Below are positions 22,390 through 29,032 of a DNA stretch of 48,626 nt, in pieces. A program made the position numbers and the translations under genes. The stretch's first letter is position 1; every line of letters starts with the position of its first letter. Source of the DNA: a virus; the IMG/VR virus record IMGVR_UViG_3300025529_000003; one strand, written 5' to 3'. The notes below the pieces were generated by a model. It was not told the DNA's origin. It searched no databases and saw nothing but the letters and a program-made list of their open reading frames with translations.

Positions 22390-22749
22390 TCAAAATTCCG
22401 GCCGTTCCGCTGTCAGAATATCCAAAAACGGCACCTTCTCGATCGTAGTGAAATGCTTGATATGCACCCGACGCGTTTCCGGATCCATCTTCACGATTTT
22501 TCCCCGGATCGGGATGTCGCGGCCCCAGATCGTGATCTCGAGTTCGCGGCCCTCCTCCATCGCATCCTGCAGCCTGACGGCCAACTCCTCGAGCTCGAAT
22601 TCGTCGCGGACCGGTCTCTTCGGTTTTGCCATGGCAATTTCCTCCCTGTGGCGCACAAGCGCCTCTTTGTGTTCTGGAATGATCATCCGACTTCCTTCCC
22701 ACAGTAAGTTACTTCCTGGTGACAATTTCGTGAGCTTGATTCCAACCAC
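22390..22749 (-). CDS. yolD: YolD-like protein. Start uncertain: GTG at 22749 or ATG at 22686.
   Basis: W-x4-MIIPEHKEAL...VRDEFELEEL pattern typical of YolD. The first codon of the track ORF lies inside the promoter -35. Confidence 0.6.
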   Translation of the reverse strand: MVGIKLTKLSPGSNLLWEGSRMIIPEHKEALVRHREEIAMAKPKRPVRDEFELEELAVRLQDAMEEGRELEITIWGRDIPIRGKIVKMDPETRRVHIKHFTTIEKVPFLDILTAERPEF

Positions 22750-22765
22750 CCCCCCCGTGTAAGCG

Positions 22766-22794
22766 ATTATATACGAACATATGTTCTGTTTCAA
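22766..22794 (-). promoter_or_regulatory. Consensus sigma-A promoter with a LexA (Cheo) box in the spacer.
   Basis: Minus strand TTGAAA-17-TATAAT. Box CGAACATATGTTCT at 22774-22787. Confidence 0.7.
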
Positions 22795-22885
22795 GGTAAA
22801 AAAAAGACCGCGGCGGCGCTTCTTGTCTTATATCACCAAATATGCCACGGCAAAAGTAAAGAAGCGTGGACACTATACCCTGATA

Positions 22886-22896
22886 ATCCTCCCAAC
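22886..22896 (+). repeat. 11-bp direct repeat ATCCTCCCAAC, left flank of the DUF3800 cassette.
   Basis: Identical 11-mer at 23692-23702. Confidence 0.7.
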
Positions 22897-22994
22897 GGAG
22901 AACGTTGCAGGAATAGTGGCCAGCGCTTCAGTACCACGTGGTAATTTACTATTATGATTGTTTAGGCACATTTTATACTCGTCTTAATGAAATG

Positions 22995-23648
22995 TCAAAG
23001 CTTATTTTTAGGTTTCCACTCCCAAATATTGATTCTTGATGCATATTTGTTTCGAATGTATTCGCCAAACGCATTTTTTCTTGCTCCCGCAGGGGAATAT
23101 TTATTCTTTACAACACCCGTTAACAAATCACATATTTGAACAACATCGCATTTATCCGATGCGGTTGATTTGCAGGACTTAACACTATAATTATGACCTT
23201 CCAGAAAAGCCTTCTCATTTAAATTACGCATTAAGTAACTATAAAAGTTATCTTCTTTTAATCTGTTTTTTTCGTCAGGGCGAATATGTATGTCATCAAC
23301 TCTTTTTTTTATATGGTGATAAATCAATAATTCAGAAAACTTGTTATATGCAAGGTGTTTTTTATATCCAAAGTACTTTAGATCAACGTCTTCCTTCCTA
23401 ATCACAATGGATTTAAAACTAAAATAACACCGAAACGCCTCATCTAATACCTCTTTATATACTCTATCTCGGAAGTTAGAAAAAACTTGAAAATGAATTT
23501 CATCATAGAATTTATTTTTATCCCTAACAGAGCGAACGATATCAAGTAGCTTACGCTTAACAGAGGAAGTCATGCAAAGAATACCAACAATAAAAATGTC
23601 ATCTCCTGGTTCCCCGGACTCATCCTGAAATACCCAATACTTTGACAT
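22995..23648 (-). CDS. DUF3800-family protein.
   Basis: N-terminal VFQDESGEPG...FIVGIL and C-terminal VQICDLLTGVV. GGAGGAG RBS. Strongly AT-rich gene. Confidence 0.65.
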   Translation of the reverse strand: MSKYWVFQDESGEPGDDIFIVGILCMTSSVKRKLLDIVRSVRDKNKFYDEIHFQVFSNFRDRVYKEVLDEAFRCYFSFKSIVIRKEDVDLKYFGYKKHLAYNKFSELLIYHHIKKRVDDIHIRPDEKNRLKEDNFYSYLMRNLNEKAFLEGHNYSVKSCKSTASDKCDVVQICDLLTGVVKNKYSPAGARKNAFGEYIRNKYASRINIWEWKPKNKL

Positions 23649-23691
23649 TTTTCTTTCTCCTCCATATTCCCCACTAGGAAGAGAGTATTAT

Positions 23692-23702
23692 ATCCTCCCA
23701 AC
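23692..23702 (+). repeat. 11-bp direct repeat ATCCTCCCAAC, right flank of the DUF3800 cassette.
   Basis: Identical to 22886-22896. Confidence 0.7.
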
Positions 23703-23775
23703 AACTGCAAGTCTGTCAAACATAAAAATCCCAGCCTAGACAAGAAACCAGGTGGATGTTATAGCTTTAACTGAA

Positions 23776-24573
23776 TCATGACTCACACGCTATTCCGTCA
23801 CCATCTCGATCAAGCTTTTCACTATATCCCGGATCTCCCCGGTACAACGGTGCTACGCCGGCTGCCCGCGCCTCAGCGCAGGATGCAAACTGCTTAGACT
23901 GGCCGGACACCTCGCTCGATCCATTCGTCGTTCGCTTTGCATCCGCATCGAGTTCGCCAAATGTAACGACAAACTTTACGCGCGTGCCGTCCGGATACTT
24001 CTCGAGCGAATTGCCAACCCAACTGCCAGCGCCGCGGTTCTCCGCCGGGTCGATGTACGTCACAGAAGCGCCGGCGCCGCCTTCAGCGCAGACGGCCATC
24101 GGCCACTCATCGCGATCGTAACCATCCCGCGTCGGGATGCCGTCAAGCGACGCCTCGCGGCGCTGGTCCGCACCGTATCGGTCGATCGTGCAGACAGAGC
24201 TTTCGCCGGCAAGGATCGCGCTGGCGATGTGCGCGGCAACGGTCGGAAAACGATCGGCTGGGAACTCCAGAATCGCGTCATAATTTTCGGCTTCCGGTGC
24301 TCCGTCGGTCGTAATACCGATGGTCTGCGTCGCCCCATCCCAGGTTATCTGTGCGCCGAGTGCCTCGCCGACTGCTCGGAGTGGTAAGTACGTGCTGCCG
24401 TTGTAGGTGATAGGTGTCTGCGATGGCTGCCAAAGTCGTCCATTCAATGCAATTTTGATCCCGTGATTCAGATGCGCCTGAATGGCCTGCAGATTCGCGC
24501 TGGCGTTCAATACCACAGGTACGGACGCAATCATGAAAAACACTACAAATGAAACGAGCAGAATCTTTCTCAA
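23776..24573 (-). CDS. Secreted NucA/NucB-type DNase with an N-terminal stalk-like domain and a C-terminal Excalibur domain.
   Basis: Signal peptide [45 protein letters not shown] nuclease core. [10 protein letters not shown] Excalibur motif. Confidence 0.7.
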   Translation of the reverse strand: MRKILLVSFVVFFMIASVPVVLNASANLQAIQAHLNHGIKIALNGRLWQPSQTPITYNGSTYLPLRAVGEALGAQITWDGATQTIGITTDGAPEAENYDAILEFPADRFPTVAAHIASAILAGESSVCTIDRYGADQRREASLDGIPTRDGYDRDEWPMAVCAEGGAGASVTYIDPAENRGAGSWVGNSLEKYPDGTRVKFVVTFGELDADAKRTTNGSSEVSGQSKQFASCAEARAAGVAPLYRGDPGYSEKLDRDGDGIACES

Positions 24574-24770
24574 TTTGACCCCTCCCGGCTGATTTTCTCC
24601 TCGATCGCCCGAACAATAAACTCGTTCAGACTCTTGTACCCAAGCTTTGTTGCCAACTGAGCGTAGTTTTCTTTTTCGCCCTTCGGGACCACTACCTGAA
24701 TACGGTCATACGCTTTCTTATTGTATCTATTTTTTGCCTTTGTTGCAGGATTACCTTTTCTTTCATCCAT
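24570..24770 (-). CDS. Ribbon-helix-helix (Arc/CopG-like) regulator.
   Basis: 66 aa. [20 protein letters not shown]...[16 protein letters not shown]-coupled to the nuclease gene. Confidence 0.6.
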   Translation of the reverse strand: MDERKGNPATKAKNRYNKKAYDRIQVVVPKGEKENYAQLATKLGYKSLNEFIVRAIEEKISREGSN

Positions 24771-24810
24771 TCTGATCACCATCCTTTTTCCAGTATAGTA
24801 TCAAAGAATA

Positions 24811-24828
24811 TATACTTATGCAAGTACA
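24811..24828. promoter_or_regulatory. Operator 1 (imperfect palindrome) overlapping the -35 of the RHH promoter.
   Basis: TATACTTATGCAAGTACA. Minus-strand promoter TTGCAT-17-TACTAT. Confidence 0.55.
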
Positions 24829-24835
24829 TTTTCTC

Positions 24836-24864
24836 TTGACAATATACTTATGTAAGTATATAAT
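24836..24864 (+). promoter_or_regulatory. Perfect-consensus sigma-A promoter with palindromic operator 2 in the spacer.
   Basis: TTGACA-17-TATAAT. TATACTTA-TG-TAAGTATA at 24843-24860. Confidence 0.75.
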
Positions 24865-24891
24865 AGAATCAGAAAGGAGGTGAACAAGAGG

Positions 24892-25098
24892 ATGGACAAG
24901 CACACCATGAGAGCTATCGAAAAGCTTCAAAAACGCGAACACTTCCTGCGGATGCTGAATGACCGATTGGCGCGCGGCATCATCACCCGGGAAGTGTTCG
25001 AGAAAGAACAGGCCGGTATCTACGAGATGACAGAACTGACACCCGAAGAAAACCGAGCCTACCGTCAGTATACCAGACAGCAAGCCAAACGCAAGTAA
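24892..25098 (+). CDS. Hypothetical basic helical 68-aa protein.
   Basis: AAGGAGGTGA RBS 8 nt before the ATG. Confidence 0.6.
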   Translation: MDKHTMRAIEKLQKREHFLRMLNDRLARGIITREVFEKEQAGIYEMTELTPEENRAYRQYTRQQAKRK

Positions 25099-25158
25099 GG
25101 TTCACGGAGAGGGCTCCGGCCCTCTCCCCCAAACATTCAAAATAAACCGGAGGGTCAA

Positions 25159-25308
25159 ATGAAACTCAAGTATTTGGATTACGCGGTTTATGGGAATGTT
25201 ATCGTGCCACTTGTCATTTTCGACTCAAGCGTTTGGTTTCGGATCGACGCTGATGCTGAGGCTGGTATTTGCCGAGTAGAGTGCCGGCGTAGGAAGGACA
25301 GGAGGTAA
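25159..25308 (+). CDS. Possible 49-aa protein.
   Basis: GGAGGG RBS. Its 3' end supplies the RBS of the next gene. Confidence 0.3.
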   Translation: MKLKYLDYAVYGNVIVPLVIFDSSVWFRIDADAEAGICRVECRRRKDRR

Positions 25309-25315
25309 TGTTATA

Positions 25316-25501
25316 ATGTCAGAAATCATCTTCGAGAGGATTGACACTGCCGGGGCAACCGGAACATACGACGGCAAGCTGTTTGAGGTTATTGCTGAAA
25401 GTGAAGACGATCTCGGGAACATTGCGGAAGGAATTGTCGAGGGTGATTTTACTTTCGAGGAGCGTCTGGAAATCTTCTATGCCTGGGAGATGCAATATTG
25501 A
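25316..25501 (+). CDS. Highly acidic 61-aa protein (16 D/E against 3 K/R).
   Basis: AGGAGG RBS. Composition counted from the translation. Confidence 0.6.
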   Translation: MSEIIFERIDTAGATGTYDGKLFEVIAESEDDLGNIAEGIVEGDFTFEERLEIFYAWEMQY

Positions 25502-25513
25502 TCAAACAAAAAC

Positions 25514-25545
25514 ATCCCCGCCCAGCCATATGGCCGAGCGGGGAT
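25514..25545. terminator. Bidirectional terminator between convergent genes.
   Basis: ATCCCCG...CGGGGAT stem with an inner GCCATATGGC palindrome. Flanked by an A-run and a T-run. Confidence 0.6.
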
Positions 25546-25551
25546 ACATAT

Positions 25552-26352
25552 TTAAAAGAGTCCTTTGCGGTGCATCACCGTCAGGATTCGGTAGAAATCG
25601 AGGCTGCCGCCATGCGGAGTATCGACGACGCCGGCAGCGATCGCCGCGTCAACGGCCGGCTTTGCCCATGCGGGCACGTCCATCGAATGTGCCGCGAGCA
25701 GCGCGCCAACCTGGGCGGAAAGGGCTGCAATCCCCTCCCGGAGCGCTGCCACATCCTTGCGGAGCGCTTCGAATGCCGCCTTTTCCTCTTGCGTCATTGG
25801 CTTCTCTACCTCCCATGGAAAGATCCAAAATTGCCGCGCCTCGCGCCTGAAAACATCGTCCTTCGCCCATACCACGCCGTCATTGCGGGCGCCCTGATCT
25901 ATCAGGCCGTCCGCGCCGTATTTGGTGTTGTCGTGGTTTGGGTCGAATACTTTGATCCGGCCTTTCTCAACAGCCACCAACAGGATATAGTGGCCGCCGC
26001 CAGTGAAATGCCCCGGCCCCATGGACGCGATGACGAGCGCGCCCTGCTCAAGGGCTTGTTTCGCGGTCTCAAACACGGCTGTTTGATACATCTCAAGCCC
26101 GTACTGCTTCGCCGCGGCCCCGAAAAATCCCCACGCGGTCCCGCTGTTCGCGGTTCGGTATCCGTTTTTTACCGCGAATTGGCACAATTCAGGAGGCAGG
26201 ATCTCACGGCCGAGCAGCGTGCTGGCGACCATGGCCATGCACGTCGGGCCGCAGCCGGACGTGCCGATCGTCTGTGCCGGGTCATTTCGGATCGTGTACG
26301 GCCGCCCGGCCCAGCGCTTGTCCTCCTGGCTGTAGTAGACGACGGCCGTCAT
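25552..26352 (-). CDS. Endolysin: C39-like cysteine peptidase with a C-terminal SLH-like wall-binding segment.
   Basis: GTSGCGPTCMAM (catalytic Cys), GGGHYILLV (His), DVPAWAKPAVDAAIAAGVV. Confidence 0.7.
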   Translation of the reverse strand: MTAVVYYSQEDKRWAGRPYTIRNDPAQTIGTSGCGPTCMAMVASTLLGREILPPELCQFAVKNGYRTANSGTAWGFFGAAAKQYGLEMYQTAVFETAKQALEQGALVIASMGPGHFTGGGHYILLVAVEKGRIKVFDPNHDNTKYGADGLIDQGARNDGVVWAKDDVFRREARQFWIFPWEVEKPMTQEEKAAFEALRKDVAALREGIAALSAQVGALLAAHSMDVPAWAKPAVDAAIAAGVVDTPHGGSLDFYRILTVMHRKGLF

Positions 26353-26663
26353 CCTGCATCACCCTGATCGTTCCCCGGCGGCTCGACCGCCTTCCGCTGC
26401 ATCTGGCCGGCGGCCGCCGCCACGAGGAAACCATTCGCGATGGCGAGCACATACACGCGCCAGTCGGCGGGATCGGCGCCGAGCGCAAGCTGCGCGGTGA
26501 TGAGTACCGCGCTGGCCACGATCACGGCATAGAGATCCGTCGGCAGCCAGCGGGCCGCGAATCGGTCGATGATGCTTTTTGTGTACTGCACGACGAAAAA
26601 CGTCAAAAGAGAAGCGCCCCCCATAGCGGAGAGCGCTTCCCATGTGAAGAGTTGGTTTTCCAT
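26349..26663 (-). CDS. Holin-like membrane protein.
   Basis: ORF trimmed to MENQLF. Hydrophobic segments. Overlaps the lysin start. Confidence 0.6.
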   Translation of the reverse strand: MENQLFTWEALSAMGGASLLTFFVVQYTKSIIDRFAARWLPTDLYAVIVASAVLITAQLALGADPADWRVYVLAIANGFLVAAAAGQMQRKAVEPPGNDQGDAG

Positions 26664-26670
26664 ATTCCAA

Positions 26671-27006
26671 TCAACCTCCCGTTGCTGTGGCGAGGACGGC
26701 GCCGATTGCCCCGCCAATGATGGTTGTGATGACAGATGAAGCGATCAACTTAGGGAGCCAGTTCCCGTTTTCTCGCAGCCCGTCAACTTCCTTTTTCAGC
26801 TCATCGAGTCGGTGGTGTGCGCTTTTCGCTCGCTGGTCAGCATCCCGGGCGATGTCGTCCGATCGGTCGAGTTTTTCCACGAGGCGGCTCACGTTGGCCG
26901 TCAGATCGTTGATCGTTCGGATATTGGACTCCTGCAGCGCCTCGAGGCGCGCCAGCCGACTTTCAATCTTTCCGAGCGCCTGTAACTCCATTTGGTTCAT
27001 ACTCAT
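26671..27006 (-). CDS. xhlA: XhlA-like lysis accessory protein.
   Basis: Coiled coil plus a C-terminal TM segment (LIASSVITTIIGGAIGAVLATA). Confidence 0.6.
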   Translation of the reverse strand: MSMNQMELQALGKIESRLARLEALQESNIRTINDLTANVSRLVEKLDRSDDIARDADQRAKSAHHRLDELKKEVDGLRENGNWLPKLIASSVITTIIGGAIGAVLATATGG

Positions 27007-27086
27007 GCCGCATCACCGTCCTGACTCATGGTGCCAGAAACAGCAGCGGCGGCCGATATGGCCGCCGTGATCGAGAGATGTTCCAT
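27003..27086 (-). CDS. Possible 27-aa peptide upstream of xhlA.
   Basis: GGGGTGGGG RBS. ATGA overlap with xhlA. Confidence 0.25.
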   Translation of the reverse strand: MEHLSITAAISAAAAVSGTMSQDGDAA

Positions 27087-27115
27087 AAGCCCCACCCCTG
27101 TGATAGAATGAAAGT

Positions 27116-27197
27116 GTTTGCCGTGTCCCTGTGCGCGGCATACCGAGAGGGGCCTGGTTGGGGAACCTCCCTCTCGTCCCCGCCACAGGGATTTTTC
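27116..27197 (+). ncRNA. Candidate ~80-nt cis-antisense sRNA opposite the lysis-cassette leader.
   Basis: Plus-strand TTCCAT-17-TAGAAT with extended TG (27081-27109). Long nested hairpin TCCCTGTG...CACAGGGA (27126-27191) followed by TTTTTCTATTT. Confidence 0.4.
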
Positions 27198-27212
27198 TAT
27201 TTGGCCGGCGAA

Positions 27213-27443
27213 TCACGCCGGATCGGCCCGTTCCTTCTGCGCTTCCTGCTGCTTTGCCTTCCCCTGCTCGTCCTTGCGTTCGTAAAACTCCAGCGCCTTG
27301 TCGATGTCGTTCCGCACGCCCCGCAGGATATCGACCTCACTACCCGGCCAGAGCCGGATGACGCCGGCGATCACGTTGCAGAGCTCGGCGACGGGTTGGG
27401 ATGGGTCGATTTCAATTCGAACCACGCTTTTCAATTCGGCCAT
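27213..27443 (-). CDS. Hypothetical 76-aa protein.
   Basis: ORF 27213..27602 trimmed to the ATG after AAAGGATGA. Confidence 0.5.
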   Translation of the reverse strand: MAELKSVVRIEIDPSQPVAELCNVIAGVIRLWPGSEVDILRGVRNDIDKALEFYERKDEQGKAKQQEAQKERADPA

Positions 27444-27548
27444 TTGAATCATCCTTTCATGTTGATTCGAACGTTCGTTTGCAAGGAAAAACCTCCCATA
27501 CAGTCGAATAGTGAAGTAACTCATTCGAAACAGGGAGGTTCTTAATAC

Positions 27549-28166
27549 ATGACTATAAAAGACATATTTAATTGCGATACCATAATTCAGGCAGGTCTTC
27601 AAGCAATTCCATACGTGGGAGGTTCCATTTCAACCCTTATTTATAACAGCAAATTAGAGAAACGACTCAAACGACTTGAAGAATTCTATAAAGACGTTGC
27701 CAATACGATTAAAAGCATTGATGAAAAACCCGCACCAGCCAGTGCACATGATGCCAATTCATTATCTTCAATTTTGGAGAAATTAAATGATCAAATCGAA
27801 AAAGAACATTTGGAAAGAAAAAGAACTCTCTACAAAATATATTTTATAAAAACCTTATATCACCCAGTAACAGTAGAAAATTATGACATTAGAATGTTGT
27901 TTCTTGATATTCTGGAGCATTTGACTGAAACACATATTGATATATTTACTTTCTTGGTCAATCAAAACAATCCGGTTATTGATAAAAGCATTTCTGCGGA
28001 AGGTGTAAGTCCAGCTCTTGTTCAAGGATCAATATCGCAATTAAAGATACATGGTCTGGTCGACTCAAGATTACATGGAGTTACGATTTCAGCAAATAGT
28101 GAAATTTCAGAGTTAATTTGGGTCAGCCAATTGGGTCGTGAGTTCCACGACTTTTGCATGGCTTAA
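27549..28166 (+). CDS. Orphan 205-aa protein, AT-rich and opposite-strand.
   Basis: GGGAGG RBS. No family recognised. Helical, Lys/Glu/Ile-rich. Confidence 0.6.
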   Translation: MTIKDIFNCDTIIQAGLQAIPYVGGSISTLIYNSKLEKRLKRLEEFYKDVANTIKSIDEKPAPASAHDANSLSSILEKLNDQIEKEHLERKRTLYKIYFIKTLYHPVTVENYDIRMLFLDILEHLTETHIDIFTFLVNQNNPVIDKSISAEGVSPALVQGSISQLKIHGLVDSRLHGVTISANSEISELIWVSQLGREFHDFCMA

Positions 28167-28299
28167 TCTTTTTCGGTTATTTTGATCCATACCAGTGACC
28201 CTATAGTAATAAAAGTCCATAGCCACCAGTATTTTATCAATAATTGCCCTGGGGTTAGGTTTATGAAGTCGGCAATCAACACCACTCACCCTTTTTTGG

Positions 28300-28329
28300 C
28301 ATAATAAAACCCTCCGTGATGGGAGGGTT
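28300..28329 (-). terminator. Terminator between convergent accessory genes.
   Basis: AACCCTCC-catca-GGAGGGTT followed by TTATTATG on the minus strand. Confidence 0.6.
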
Positions 28330-28957
28330 ATTTCAATTCGTTTGGTTTATTTTTTTCCAGTTCTGCAAGCTGAGCTTCGAGCTCGGCAAGCTGGGCTTCT
28401 AGGTCGGCGAGCTCAGCCTTCATGTTTTCCAGGTCTTCCTGGTGTTTCTTCTGCAGGTCGGATCCTTCATAAGGTACGTTAGGAGCAGCAAACAAAGGCG
28501 GATTCTTCAGTCCTTCTTCGCGGCTTTGGATTTCACGTTGCAAATGTTTGATCTTGAATTGGAGCAACTCGATTTCCGACTTTATTTCATTCCTTGCTCT
28601 CGCATATTGCTCAATTCGTTCATGCGTCTCCTGCGCAATTCTCTCATATTCTTCTTGCTGCTTGCGCGCCTCTTCCTCTATGTCTTTGCGAATAACAACT
28701 TCCTGATTCGGAATCATGATTATCTCACCATCCAACCACGCAACTTTCGCTCCGAACAGTTCCCCTGCTGCTCTCAGAGGGATGTAGCTTACACCATCAA
28801 TCGTTATTGCCGGAATCTCGGACATCTTGTCGCCAATTTTCAAGGGAAACTGTCCGTCAATTTTCCGGCCAACGAGACTTTGAATTTCCGCATAAGCTGC
28901 GCTGGCTCCGACAGCCAACAGAAATCCGACAAAAAACGATATGACAGCCTTTTTCAT
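28328..28957 (-). CDS. Secreted stalk-domain plus coiled-coil protein.
   Basis: Signal peptide MKKAVISFFVGFLLAVGASAAYA. IDGVSYIPLRAAGELFGAKV (copper amine oxidase N-terminal-like). LAELEAQLAELE repeats. Confidence 0.6.
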   Translation of the reverse strand: MKKAVISFFVGFLLAVGASAAYAEIQSLVGRKIDGQFPLKIGDKMSEIPAITIDGVSYIPLRAAGELFGAKVAWLDGEIIMIPNQEVVIRKDIEEEARKQQEEYERIAQETHERIEQYARARNEIKSEIELLQFKIKHLQREIQSREEGLKNPPLFAAPNVPYEGSDLQKKHQEDLENMKAELADLEAQLAELEAQLAELEKNKPNELK

Positions 28958-29032
28958 GAAGGGACACCCCCGCATTATTTGATTAGGAACATTATACCAA
29001 ATAATACGAGGGATAGATTAAGTTTGATCACC

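Noticed and set aside
27468-27481. A third LexA box, CGAACGTTCGTTTG.
   Set aside because: It can equally be read as the 10-bp palindrome CGAACGTTCG with no N4 spacer. No convincing -35/-10 pair surrounds it on either strand. Kept only as a low-confidence note in the orphan-gene finding.
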